This document shows, piece by piece, positions 1-12,150 of a stretch of DNA of 64,000 nucleotides. A model generated the notes under the pieces. It searched no databases. It saw only the letters and a program-made list of their open reading frames with translations, and was not told the DNA's origin. Source of the DNA: Candidatus Latescibacterota bacterium (GTDB lineage: Bacteria; Latescibacterota; UBA2968; UBA8231); NCBI GenBank assembly GCA_965206595.1, contig OZ242214.1:3232001-3296000 (forward strand), given 5' to 3'. A program made the translations under genes and the position numbers. Each line of letters begins with the position of its first letter. Within the stretch, counting starts at the first letter, position 1.

Positions 1-342
1 GAAATAGCCCAGGGGCAAGGTGAGAAGGTGGTCGAAGTAGCGCTGGCGGATGTCGCGCTCGACGCGGTAGGAGGTGGCCGCCAGGTGCCAGCGCATGCCG
101 AAGGCCATGCCCCACTGCGCCAGACCCAGGCCGACGATGAGGACAGCGAAGTGCGTCAGGAAGGTCAGGTCCGGTGCGGTTTGATCGAGGCTTGCCCGGG
201 CCTGGTTGATGGCGCGTTCGAGGACGAGGGGAATGGAGACGGAAACGAGCTGTTCCCCCACCAGAAAGCCCAGGCCGGCGGCCAGGGCCCAGCGGTAGGG
301 GCGGAGGTAGAAGGCGAACGGTTTGAAGGGATTCAGGCTCAT
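1..342 (-). CDS. ABC exporter (MsbA/MdlA-like) permease N-terminus, runs off window
   Basis: Manual minus-strand translation from ATG at 342: MSLNPFKPFAFYLRPYRWALAAGLGFLVGEQLVSVSIPLVL...RVERDIRQRYFDHLLTLPLGYF, typical ABC_membrane start. Confidence 0.75.
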   Translation of the reverse strand, partial: MSLNPFKPFAFYLRPYRWALAAGLGFLVGEQLVSVSIPLVLERAINQARASLDQTAPDLTFLTHFAVLIVGLGLAQWGMAFGMRWHLAATSYRVERDIRQRYFDHLLTLPLGYF

Positions 343-473
343 GCGCTGTTTTGTGGGAAGCCAATATCCTACCATTCACGAACGGCACGGCGCAAACGCC
401 TGACACGGCAATTCGCGCCGCGGCCTGCCGCCGCACCCCCCGTGAGATCCCCCTTTCGACACGGAGAAACCCG

Positions 474-1118
474 ATGACGCCGGAACAGCCCGCCCCGTAC
501 CCCGTTCGGTTCTCGATCGACTACCCCGGGTCCAGCCGCAGACTCACCGCCTTCTTCAGGATGGTCCTGGCGATCCCGATCCTCATCCTTCTCGGTCTGG
601 TGAGCGGCTCCGTCCCCGCGGACGACGCGACCGACTACGAGTGGACGGCTCCGCTCCTGACGGGTGGGGTGTTGTGGCTTGCCCCGATGCTGATGATCCT
701 GATCCGCCGCAAGTACCCGCGCTGGTGGTTCGACTGGAACCTGGAGCTGGCTCGCTTCGCGACCAGGGTAACGGCCTACCTGATGCTGCTCCGCGACGAC
801 TACCCGTCCACCGACGAACCGCAGGGGGTCCGCCTCGACATCCCGTACCCCGACGTGGAAAGCGAGCTGAGCCGGTTCCTGCCCCTGGTCAAGTGGATCC
901 TGGCGATTCCGCACTACATCGCCCTGGCCGTCGTCGGCAGCCTGGCAGTGGCGGTGACCGTCATCGCCTGGGTCGCGATCCTGATCGCCGGGCGCTACCC
1001 GAGGGAGCTGTTCCTGTTCGTGGAAGGGACGCTGCGCTGGGGCCTGAGGGTCGGAGCCTACGCCTTCCTGCTGACCACCGACAGGTACCCGCCGTTCCGC
1101 TTCGGCGCCGATTCCTGA
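474..1118 (+). CDS. DUF4389-family membrane protein
   Basis: Duplicated 'RLTAFFRMVLAIP...YPRWWFDWN...AY..LL.D.YP' halves; ATG at 474 preceded by GGAG. Confidence 0.8.
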   Translation: MTPEQPAPYPVRFSIDYPGSSRRLTAFFRMVLAIPILILLGLVSGSVPADDATDYEWTAPLLTGGVLWLAPMLMILIRRKYPRWWFDWNLELARFATRVTAYLMLLRDDYPSTDEPQGVRLDIPYPDVESELSRFLPLVKWILAIPHYIALAVVGSLAVAVTVIAWVAILIAGRYPRELFLFVEGTLRWGLRVGAYAFLLTTDRYPPFRFGADS

Positions 1119-1338
1119 GACCATACAAATGGAGCGCATTCACTATGCAATCGGGAATTATATAGATAACTACGCAAGCGCAACTTTAGTAATCTCATCC
1201 GCGAATTTAAAGATAATATGGTATAATATAATAGAGAAAATACCAGAGAGAAGGACATCCCAGATCCTCAAGTGTTTAGCCCGGAAATGGGAGGATGTCG
1301 GCGACTGGCACTGCATATTATTTCGTTCTCCAATAGTC

Positions 1339-2194
1339 AGAACCTATCTCAAAATTGAAATTGTTTAAGTAAAATCAAAATGGATGCAAGTTGGACGAAG
1401 CCAAGAAAATTCTTCGGATACAATTCCCAGCGAGTGATCACTCGACGCTGCCATTGAAGCCAAGCAAAGAATCTCTCAACCATCCAAGGCCGCACATAAC
1501 GCCGCAATCGCCGTCCGTCCTGAGTCTTTTTCTTGGTCCGATTCTGGCGATGCGGGGCGATCATCTCGATCCCGTCTTTCTTAAGCTCTTCATCCAACGA
1601 ATCGCTGTCGTACGCTTTGTCACCGATCAAGTTGTCAGGTTGGTCTTCGATGAGGTAAAAGTCAAAGGTCAACTGAACCAGCGTCACTTCATGATGGTTC
1701 GCTGCATGCGTGCTCACCGACAAGGGAAGCCCATTGCCGTCCACGATCCCCATGACCCGCACCCCCTTACCTCGCTTGGTGTGGCCGATATCGGCACCTC
1801 CACCCTTGGCCGCCGAGAACATGCCATCGATGAAAGCCTCCGATTCGTCCAGGCCCCCTTGCTCGTGAAGGGTCTGGGCCAGGTCCATGAGAACTTCGCG
1901 CACCACCCCTTGACGACACCCGTTTTGAAAACGGCGATGCACGGTTTTGTAGTTCGGATAGCACTGCGGCAACATAGGCCATTGAGCCCCGGTGTTTAGA
2001 ATCCAAAGGACGGCTTCAAAAACATCACGGGTGCAAACCGGTTTGCGACCCGGATGGCTCTTGGGACGAAGTTCTTCAGGAAAGTGATGGCGGATTCGTT
2101 GCCATTGCATGTCGGTCAGATTGACCATACACCAATGGTACATCACTGTCATTTCGAAAACAAGTTTAAGTTTGCCTGTTTTGAGATAGGTTCT
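1339..2194 (-). mobile_element. IS5-family insertion sequence
   Basis: Perfect 16-bp terminal inverted repeats AGAACCTATCTCAAAA (1339-1354) / TTTTGAGATAGGTTCT (2179-2194); no matching target duplication. Confidence 0.9.
1349..2128 (-). CDS. IS5-family transposase
   Basis: LTDMQWQRI, LWILNTGAQWPMLP..YPNYKTVHRRF, IDG, GDKAYDSD, RPWMVERFFAWL; start uncertain. Confidence 0.9.
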   Translation of the reverse strand: MVNLTDMQWQRIRHHFPEELRPKSHPGRKPVCTRDVFEAVLWILNTGAQWPMLPQCYPNYKTVHRRFQNGCRQGVVREVLMDLAQTLHEQGGLDESEAFIDGMFSAAKGGGADIGHTKRGKGVRVMGIVDGNGLPLSVSTHAANHHEVTLVQLTFDFYLIEDQPDNLIGDKAYDSDSLDEELKKDGIEMIAPHRQNRTKKKTQDGRRLRRYVRPWMVERFFAWLQWQRRVITRWELYPKNFLGFVQLASILILLKQFQF

Positions 2195-4368
2195 TGGCAT
2201 ATCGACGAGAGAGCAGGGTGGGGCCGGGACGACAACGAGTGGGAGAGGTGGAAGACCGTTGACTTGGAGTGTGCCGATGGCCTCTGGACGACCCGTCCAG
2301 GCGTGGGGGCAAATACGGTATCAGGCGGGGATCACCTGGACTTCTATCACTCGGTGGGGCCAAACGAGTCTCAGCAGTTCGGCGGAGACCTTGGCGGTGC
2401 CACCGATCTGTGGGACGGCAGCTCGGGCAGGCAGGATTTCACCCCGGAAACCAATCCCTCAACAGCTGGATACGAGCCCTCGCCAAGGCCGGCCGATAGA
2501 TTCCCGCAGCCCATAGAGAAAAACCAGAACGTTTTCAGTGGCATCTATATTGAAAACATCCGGCGGGAATCCGGAGACCCCCCTGGCGTTATGAAGTTTG
2601 ATGTTCGCTTTGCGCCGCTGGCTCCCAATAACCTGGAAGCCGCCATCGGCGAGGATCGGGTGCAGCTCAGTTGGACCAAGCCATCTGCCAACGGTGCGAC
2701 AGTTGCTTCAAACAAGGTGCGACATCGTCCCAGTGCGGACGCAAATTGGACGGCGGAAACACCGGTGGCAGCGCCTGACAATGACGATGATGTGGTAAGC
2801 CATACTGTCACGGGACTGACTATCGACACTCAGTACCTCTTTGAAGTGGCCGCCGTCAGCGGGAGACAAAATGAGTTGCCGGGCCTTGAGGGCTTATCCG
2901 TTAGCTACACGGCAACGACCCAACGGGCTATTAGACGGACCGAGGTCCCCCCCCTGGTTTTTGCGGAGATACATCAGGGTGCCGGGAGCTGGGAAAGCTA
3001 TGTGGACAGGTTTGCAAAAACCGGCTCGTATGATTGGTCGTTGGAAGGTCTCGATATGTTGCAGTTCCGACTGGATGAAACAGAGGGCGGGTTTCAGAAG
3101 TTGCATTTCAGGAACCCTCCCAACTATGAGTCTCCGGTAGACACACCTAAAGGCGACAATACCGAAGGGGACAATATCTACGAAGTGACGGTGAAGGCCG
3201 AACCGTCGGGTCCGAGCGGGGCAAGCAGTCCTGATCATCGTTATATGATCCCGGTTACCGTTGAGGTAACCACTGAAAATGAAAGGGGCAAAGTGACGGT
3301 GACGCCTGACCGTTACCAAGTGGACGTGGAGCTGACCGCGACCCTGACAGACCCCGACAGCCCTGACCCGAATAAACCCCCCTACCGGGATCAATTGGCA
3401 ATGGAAGCGGGGATCGGTATTCGACCATAATGGCACTCTCACCCGGAGTCCAGATCTTCCAGACCCGATTATGGGTGCCACTGATTCGCGGTACACTCCG
3501 GTTGCAGAAGATATTGGCTATGAACTGATTGCTGAAGTTGGCTATACCGATGGTCATGGCCCAGGGAAAAAGGCACTTTCGCCGCTGCCCGTCCCGCCGA
3601 AGGTGGTGGTTGATGTGCCCTCGGCGCCTGGAAACCTGCAGGCGGCTCCTCGCGACCGTTCGGTGCTCCTGACTTGGGAGTCAGCTTCGGACAACGGTTC
3701 AGCGCTTACCCGGTATGAGTATCAGCAGAGCACGGACGGGGGGACTACTTGGTCTCCGGGCTGGACAACGATTGCCCTTCCCGCGGACACGGATGCGGCC
3801 GATCTCACCGAGCATACGGTCACAGGGCTGACCAACGGCACCGTGTACACTTTTGAGGTGCGGGCGGTCAACGCGATCGGGGAGGGCGCTGCGGCGCAGG
3901 TTACCCTGCCCCCTGAGAACCTGCGGGCGCGATGGGTTTTCGCCGGTTCCCATCTTTTGGCGAGCCACAAAGCGCAGCTGACCTGGGACGATCCGGACGA
4001 CGCCCGCATCACGGGGTGGGACTATCGGCAGAAGGCGGGCGCTGCGGCCTGGGGTTCCTGGCAGCAGATAACCGGTAGCAGTGCGACTACGGTCACGCAT
4101 TCGGTGGAGGCCGTGCAAATCTGGCGGCCGTACCGGTTCCAGGTGCAGGCCCGTTACGGCCCCGGGACCGACGACACCGGGCCGGAATCGGCCGAGGCGG
4201 TGCTGACCCCCTTGCCGGTGTTCACCCAGCCGCCTGCGGTGATCCAGAATAGCGGCGACGGCAAGGCGCAGTTCAAGGTGGGGTTCGACTTCCCGGTCGG
4301 CGACGTGGATCTGCCCGACGGCCTGGTGCCGAATGAATACATCGAGATGGAGGTTACCAAAACCACGG

Positions 4369-4403
<35 letters not shown>

Positions 4404-4914
4404 GACGACGGTAAGCGACTGGACGGCCCTATCGCAGCAGGGAATAGATGGGATACTGTCTGGCGTGGCCCTGGTAGCCGAATTCACGGACGGGGACCTG
4501 GCGCCGACCGAGGGTCTGGCTGGCGGGGGTACGGGACCGGACGATCCGACCGTTTCCCGTCAGGTGGTCGCGGTGATCCGGGTGTCGGGTCTGGACCCCG
4601 GGGCGACCTACGAATTCAAGGTGCGCTTTGTCCATCCGGACGGGGTGACGGAGTTGGAGCCGGCCTCGGCTTCGGTGTACGGGCTGCGTTGGCAGCGACC
4701 GACCGCCACCGCGGTGGCGTTGAGCTGGACGGACCCCAACAAGCCGTTTATCAGGACTTGGCAGTACCGTCAGCGGGCCGGCAGCGGCTCGTGGGAGCTC
4801 TGGCAGAACGTGAGCGACCCCGGCGCGACGACGACGACGCACCTGGTCTCGGGTCTCGAGGCGGAGGAGACCTACGAGTTCCAGGTGCAGGCGCTGGTGC
4901 CGGGGGGTCCGTTG

Positions 4915-5333
4915 GCCGAATCGTTCACGGTGTCGGCGGCTCCGAAGCCTTTGGTAGCGCCGGGTAACCTGCGGGCGGACCCCGGTCACGCGTCGATGAC
5001 GTTGCGTTGGGACGACGCGAACAATGCCCGCATCACCGGGTGGCAGTATCAGCAGCGGCAGGCCGGAGAGGATTGGGGAGCGTGGCAGCCGATCCCGGGC
5101 AGCACGGCGTCGACGACCTCGTATACGGTGCCGGACCTGACCAACGGGGTGAGCTACCGTTTCCGGGTGCGGGCCTTGGCCGGATCCCAGGAGGGTCCCC
5201 ACGGGAAGTCGGTGGGAGGTCCGCCCAACGGCTTGCGGGCCCAGGCGTTGAACGGCGCGGTAGAGCTGGTCTGGGCCGACCCGTCCGATTCCCGTATCGC
5301 GGGGTGGCAGTATCGGGTGCGCGAGGGTCAGGA
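4915..5333 (+). repeat. Core stalk repeat (AESFTVSAAPKPLVAPG...YRVRE), five near-identical copies
   Basis: Same DNA starts at about 4915, 16066, 25752, 31280 and 38793. Confidence 0.95.
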
Positions 5334-5368
5334 CAGCTTTTTCGAGGCCATTCCAGATGGAGGCAACT

Positions 5369-6818
5369 ATGAAATTCACTTCTCATTTTGACAAGATGAA
5401 ACGGTTAATGCTCTTGCTGCTATTTCTGCTTGGCCACTTTACCAGGGGCGACGCTCAGGAAACGGACCCTCTGGAAATCAACCTGGCGGATTTCTTGCCC
5501 TTGGAGGTCGGCAACCGATGGACCTTTTCTCATGAGTATATAAATGAAATGTATTGGGTTTCGACTATGGAATGGGACGAGGAAGCTAGAGCATATTACA
5601 GGCAATTTGAGGTCCCTGGATATCCGATTGACGAGGCCGAACCACCCAGTTCCCTAACCCGACCAGATCCCGCAGTCCTCACGGTCGAAATAACGCATAC
5701 GGAGTGGATACACGGGGAGGAGTATTTTGTCTTTAGCGGGCCGTCGTATTCCTGGCCACCGCTGCCCGCGTTTTTTTTGGCTGGGCAGAAGGTGCGATTG
5801 TCGGAGGACGGTATTCTTTATTTCTCCATAAACCTCATCGACTTTGACCCACCCTTTCCCATCGATATTCCCCTGTATGATTTCGGGATGCCCTCACGGG
5901 AATACAACTATACCGTAAGCCTAAAGGACCCTACTTACCTTTCCTGGCCCTGGACCGAACAGATCGAGGTCTCTCGATTCATGGTTAATCGGCTAAATCA
6001 TCCTAAGTTTCCGGGTCACCCGTTTTATAAACCGCGTTATCCGCTGATTCCTGACCACCTGAATATAACGGTTAATCCACCGTATCGGGACAAGGTTTTG
6101 GAAGTTAGATTTATTTTAGATACCACTCCGGTTAACCGGTATCATGAAAATGATCATTTCGAGGCCAATTTTGTGCATGGATACGGGTTGGGACTTTCCA
6201 AGGTGGGAGATTTTGACCCTCTAGGGAACTACCTCCTGAATGTTCTTTATCCTGTTTCGGCCGTTCTGTCGGGAAAAGAGGTGTCCTACGAAGAGGCCAC
6301 GGCAAAACTCGTAACCTTGGTGGAACCCGATCTTATCCCGGTTGTGGGACAACTCGATTCCCTCTTCTACGGATTTGACTTCAGCGAAGGAACTGGTACC
6401 GATTACTTTGACCCCAAATCCGATATGGTGATTGACCAATATTGGGACGCTCATGCTGACTACGGCCGCCCGGCTTTTTTTATCTCAACCCTTGGAATAG
6501 CCGATCTGGGACGTGGTGATTTTGGCCGTTTGGTCTCCAGCGGGACCGCGGACTTGGAGCCGGATCCACATAGTACCGTCAGGAGAGACGGTATCAGAGA
6601 ATGGACGAAGATTCTCCAGGAAGGACATGTATATGCGTTCTGGACCCGAGAGGGAGGAATTGCGCTGACGCACGTTATTGAAATCGTCACGTTTCCATGG
6701 TCTTCTGGAAGGGTCAGATGCATACTGGTTGATTGGAAGTACTTCCCCCCCCTCCCCCGACCGGCCAACCTCGGTCAGGTTTACATCCTGGGGAGCGTTG
6801 AAAGACTCCTTTCGGTGA
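5369..6818 (+). CDS. Secreted 'PLEVGN' family protein, paralog 1 (one extra C near 6750)
   Basis: Signal peptide; DFLPLEVGNRWTFSHEY, LTVEITHTEWI, GFDFSEG, FWTREGGIAL motifs; removing one C from the C-run gives FPPSPDRPTSVRFTSWGALKDSFR* ending at 6818. Confidence 0.8.
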
Positions 6819-7190
6819 AAAGGCAAGAACCCTTCCAGGGCAGCACCTGCATGAATTGGTCTACGATGGCCCGACACTTTCATTAGTTGGTTTCTCTTCC
6901 CCCATCTTTTTCGTTCGAAAGGACGGACAAAATGCGAATGATCCGCCTAGCACTCTGCATTCGAGGACTGGGTCCGGCGGGAAGGTGTTGTCGAGGAAGG
7001 AGCTGTGGCGGCCTTCAACCGGCGCCTGCTCGAGCGCGTGCACATCGAGGCCAAGCAGGCGGAAATCCACGCCACCTTGCAGCGGCCCCGGACGTGGACT
7101 TCAGGGGTGCTGCTCAACCACCTGGAGGACTGGCATTTCGCCCACCAGGGGTTGGAAGGGCTGTAGTTTCTTCAACTGCGGCTTCCCCGG

Positions 7191-9555
7191 TCACGGTTCC
7201 GGTTCCTGTCCCTTGGGCATGCGGTAGCCGACGCGCGGTTCGGCAAAGAGGTAAGTGGGGTTGGCGGCGTCGTCCTCGAGCTTGCGGCGGAGTCTGCGCA
7301 CGAGGCTGCGGATCACGCGCACATCCCCGGAGTGCGCAGGGCCCCAAATCCGTCGCAGCAGCCGTCCGTGGCTCACCACCCGTCCGGCGTTTACCGACAG
7401 CTCGAGGAGCAGGTCGTACTCCGCCGCGGTCAGTTTCAGCGTGGCCGGACAGGGTCACTCGCCGTTCGGCGTAGTCGACGGTCAGGCCGCCCAGCACATA
7501 CGGTTCGGTCGGCTCGTCCCCACTCCCCCCCTCCTGCTGGCGCAGGGCGGCCCGGATCCTGGCCACCAGCTCCGTGGGCGAGAACGGCTTGACGATATAC
7601 TCGGCGGCTCCGGCTTCGAAGGCATGTGCGATGACCTCATCCCTGCCGTAGCCGGACAGGAAGATGACCGGCACCTCGGCGATGCGGACGAGGTCCCGCA
7701 TCAGCTCGATGCCGTCGGTATCGGGCAGCACCAGGTCGAGCAGGACCAGGTGGGGCTTTTTCTCCTCCATGAGCAGGAGCGCCTCCTCCGGGTCGGCGGT
7801 CCCTGTCGGTGTGAAACCGGCCTGGGAGAGCGCCTTCCGGGCGTACCGGAGCGCCTGCGGATCGTCGTCGACTACGAGAATGCGCACCCCTTCTGCGGCT
7901 TTCTTCGGCGAGCCTGGAGCGGGCCGGGGTGCGGTTGCGGCCGCTTCGACCGCGGGAATCGTGAAGGTGGAGCGCGCGCCCGAACCGGGGCCGTCGCTCT
8001 GGGCCCGGATGCGGCCCCCGTGGGCCTCCACGATCCCCTTGCTGATGGCCAGGCCCAGGCCCGGCTCAGCGGTCCCGGGCGCCCCGTCCTCGCCCCCGGG
8101 TCGGGCGAACTTTCTGAACAGGTGCGGCAAGCGCTCGGCGGATATTCCCTTGCCCTCGTCGGCGACCGCGACGTGTACTCCCTGCCTCACCGCGGTCACC
8201 CGGATGACGGTCGCCATCGGCGAGTGCCTGGCGGCGTTGGACAGCAGGTTGTCCAGGACCTGGACGATGCGCCGCCGGTCCACCCTCACCAGGGGCAGGT
8301 CCGGCGCCAGATCGATATCGAGATGGTTCCTGCTCCCTCCGTTCAGGAAGGTGTTGCGGGCCCGGTCCACGAGGTCGGCGATCTCCACCGGTTCGGGTGA
8401 TACGGGCAGCGTGCCGGTCTCGATACGCGCCACGTCGAGCAGGTCGCCGATCAGCTCGCGCATGGCGTCGGCCTGATCGAGGATGATGCGGTGGAACTGG
8501 CGCATCTCCGCCGGGTCCAGATCGGGGGCGGCGTCCAGCAGCGCCGTCGCCGAGCCTCGGATCGAAGTCAGGGGGAGGCGCAGCTCGTGGCTGACCATGC
8601 CCAGAAGCTCGGCCCGCAGCCGCTCGAGCTCCTCCAGCGGGGTCAGGTCCTGCAAAGTCACGACCAACGACTCGACTTCGCCGGCCTCGGTATGGATGAA
8701 AGTGGCGTTGACCAGCACGGTGACCGAGCGGCCGTCGGGTACCTTCAGGACGATCTCCTCGGCCCGCACCGACTCCCCGCCGCTCAGCGCCTGGGACAGG
8801 GAGAGCTCTTCCAGGGAGATATCCGGTTGGTTCGCGCGCTCAATGGTCACAGTTTCCAGCAGGTTCTCGAAGGAATCATCCGTCTTCCCCAGACCGTCGA
8901 CGATCCTTCTCGCCTCCCGGTTGAAGGACACCAGCGCTCCCGTCTGCGCGTTGAAAACCGCCACCCCCACCGGCGAGGTGTTGATCAGGGTCTCCAGGTG
9001 CGTCCTGGCACGGCGCTCCTCCCGGTACTGACGGGCGTTGGCGATGACCAGGGCCGCCTGGGCGGCGAACATCAGCAGCGTCTCTTCGTCCTGGCGGGAG
9101 AACTTCTGTCCGGGATCCTCATGGGCGAGGTAGATGTTGCCCACCCCCGCATCCCGGTGACGGATCGGAGCCGTCAGGAAGGAGTTTATCTCGAGGGCTA
9201 TTGGGAAATTGGGGATGCCCACCGACCGGGTGTAGCCGTGAAAGTCGGCTCTCACCGGCTCCGGCAGGTTGCTGAGGTGCTCAAAGACTTCCCTTCCCCG
9301 GGGCATCTCCCACAGCCCCTGGGCCTCTTCGGGTGTCATGCCGGAGGCCAGGAAGTCCTCCAATTGCCCGGACTCATCGAGGGTGGTGATCACCCCGTAC
9401 CGGGCAGCGGTCAGCGTCCGGGCGCTGTCCAGGACTCTCTGCAACACCGTGTCCGGATCGAGGCTCTCCTTGATGTGGAGGCTGGCCCGGCTCAGGCCGG
9501 ACAGGCGCTCCCGCAGAGCCGCTATCTCCTGATCGCGCGGGTCGGATGGGGTCAT
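7191..9555 (-). CDS. Hybrid sensor kinase/response regulator (GAF-PAS-HisKA-HATPase-REC-wHTH), frameshift near 7441
   Basis: SHELRLPL H-box, NLLSNA, DEGKG, GLGLAI, ILVVDDD, LLDL, KPF; OmpR-type C-terminus (KLTAAEYDLL...RLRRKLEDD...EPRVGYRM) continues in another frame. Confidence 0.88.
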
Positions 9556-9699
9556 CTTCTCTCCTCGGTTGAAGGGAATGCGGTGGTTTCCGGGATCGTC
9601 CGGCCTCCGGCTGAGCAGGGCAACGGGGTGGATGCCCATAATAGGGCGCCAGCCAAGCCGAATTAAGAACCGAAGGACCATTCAGGCAAAAAACCCCGC

Positions 9700-10396
9700 A
9701 ATATTCGACCCCCGCCTGGTGCCCGTGCGCCGGCATCGGCAGGGCATCCATGTCGACGGCCAACTCCTCGTATTTCATCCGTCCTTCCAGCAGCCGGCAA
9801 CGAGACCGGGCGCTGCGCAGGACGGCTTCCTCCAACACCTCGCGGTTATAGGCAGTCGAGGCTTGCTCGAGCAGGCGCGACAGCGTCGGCTGACTGGCCA
9901 GTCCCTGCGGCCGGTCTTCGTCGCCGCTGCGCAACGGCGCCTGCCCTTTGCGATCGCTGACCGCCAGACGCAGGATCGGATCTTGGCGCAACGCGTCGGC
10001 GTCGGCGGCGTGGGTCCAGCCCTGTGCCAGCAGCACGATCTGTGTGCGCAGCAGCTCCGGCAGCGGGTGCGTGATCTGGTCTTGGGTACGGAGATCCTCG
10101 AAGTGGGCGTCGACCCAATCCAGAACCCGGCTGTGTTCGAGCAGTTGACGCAACATCAGCGCACCGGTGTCGCTGCCAAGGTGGGTGGGGCGGGCTTCGA
10201 TGTGGATGGAGCGGTTGAAAGACGGCTGAATCGGCCCGGCTTGCTCGGACTCGGTGTGTGACGGTAATTCACCCATTGGGTGTCCTACTGTGTGATGGGT
10301 TCAAAGGGCGATACTGCCTTGTGTTTCCCTCTGAAATCTAAGCATGGGAGGCACCCAGTACAGCCCTCTCCACTAAAATTCCATGAATAACAAGGG
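9700..10396 (-). mobile_element. IS1380-family element remnant (transposase N-terminal third)
   Basis: ORF from 10276: SDTGALMLRQ, LAQGWTHAADADALRQDPILRLA, LASQPTLSRL, VDMD, breaking off near 9700; probable terminus CCCTTGTTATTCATGG at 10396-10381. Confidence 0.8.
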
Positions 10397-10441
10397 TTGA
10401 GTTATATTGTAGGTGGCAGATCAACCATCCGGAGTTTGAAT

Positions 10442-11303
10442 ATGTCCTGTATCTTCATTGCAGCACTTACAGTTTTGGCTGCCCTCCTTACGGCAGAGGC
10501 AAAAGCCCAAACGGATGAGGCTGCCAGGCAGGAGCCCAAAGAAATCACCATCCACCTCCGTGGAAACCAGCAGATGGCCGCGGCTCTGCAGGAGGCGGCT
10601 GCCAAGGGGACGACAGTTACCGGGATAGCCGATTTTGATTCCCTGTCTGCTGTTTATGGGCTGATGGGAATTTATCGCGAGGGTACGGCTCCATCTTCCA
10701 ATTTTTACGGGCATTGGTTTCGACAGGTTCCCCTCGGATGCAAATGTGATCGCTATTGCCGAAGGCTATAGAAACTTGCCCGGTATACAAGCTGCCCGGT
10801 CGGAGAGCCCGGTTTATTTGGGTAGTGGTATCCATCGCTTGGGGGGCTCGAAACACGCGGGAGTGCGTATTCCCACAAAGATGGTATTCGGCACTTTTTC
10901 CTGTGTGGTTTTATCAGCGATTTCAGGGGTCATGTATGATGCCTATATAGAAAGCGAGACAGAGTACGAGGACGACCCTTGGGGAGGGTTGGAAAGTGCT
11001 ATTTTCGGTCTTCCGGTCGGCATTGCAGTTGGATTCCCGGTGGGTGTGACCCTAGCCGATCCTGATGATTCTTTACCCTGGACTTTGCTAGCCGGTTTCG
11101 TACCGGGAGCGGCGGGGCTTTATTTGATGGAATCCGAACAAGCCGTGGCATCCGGCCTTTTGTTGGCGTATGTCTTTCCGCCATTTCTTTCCCTCGCTGC
11201 TTCTGAACTGTGGCGCAATCCTTCCGAAGATCACCGCACTTCCTTTGGCGTAGCCCCCACCCCGAACGGTGGCCTTTCCGCGGTTACCAAACTGCGATTT
11301 TGA
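10442..11303 (+). pseudogene. Secreted protein: propeptide-like N-domain + Gly-rich hydrophobic helices, paralog A (frameshift near 10724)
   Basis: ORFs 10397-10771 and 10746-11303 join by alignment to paralog B; ends SFGVAPTPNGGLSAVTKLRF. Confidence 0.7.
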
Positions 11304-11333
11304 CGGTTAGGTGAACAAAAAGGAGAAAAGCAT

Positions 11334-12122
11334 ATGTCCTGTATTTCCATTGCAGTATTTACAGTTTTGGCTGCCCTCATTGCAGCAGAGGCAAAAGCCC
11401 AAACGGATGAGGATGCCAGGCAGGAGCCCAAAGAAATCACCATACACGTTCGCGAACACAAAAGAGTGGCCGCGGCTCTGCTGGATGCGGTTGAAAAAGG
11501 GACGACATTTATCAAGATCACCGATTTTGATTCGCTTTCCTCCACTTTTGGCTTGATTGGGATATTTAAAAAGAGAAAGGGATCCCCTTTTTATGGATAT
11601 TATTTTCGGTTGATGTTTCCCCCGGAAGCGGATCTAGCGGCGATTGAACTAGCTTATGCCAAGTTACCTTATACTGAATCGTTCAGGCGTAGTTCTCTGA
11701 AGCGAATTTTAATTAAGGTTGGGTTTGGTGCGGCGGTTGGGATTGGGTCACTGATTGGTGCTGGGAATGCGAGTGGTGGTGGACTGGGCGGAGGCATCCT
11801 TGGTTTGTTTGTGGGCCAATTTTTGGGGTATCCTCTCGGGGTGTACCTGGTCGATAGGGAAAGTTCATTTCTTGCGGGCGTGGCGGGTTCGGTTTTTGGG
11901 TATTGGGCGGCAGTCGAACTGTCAGATTCAAACTATTTCGGGGAATTAACTGAACCGGTCGCATGGTCTATTTATCTCGGGCTCCCCATAATCTTATCGG
12001 AGCTGTCTCGCATTAAATCAAGCCCCCAACAAGCTCAATAGGCTTCTCGGTTTTCGCAGATATCTTTCGGTGTGAATCGGGAAAGAAGCGGTCTGTCCGT
12101 TTCAGCAACCCTACGGTTTTAA
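11334..12122 (+). CDS. Paralog B of the preceding gene, in-frame TAG at 12039-12041
   Basis: N-terminus nearly identical to paralog A; frame continues past TAG as ASRFSQISFGVNRERSGLSVSATLRF*, matching the paralog A C-terminus. Confidence 0.7.
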
Positions 12123-12150
12123 GATTCACCAAAAAAAGAGGGAGAACCTT

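Noticed and set aside
1129-1368. 79-aa AT-rich ORF
   Set aside because: Runs into the IS5 end, no recognisable motif; probably a foreign remnant.
6819-6886. C-terminal extension of the 509-aa ORF
   Set aside because: Product of the extra C; the paralog-matching stop is at 6818.
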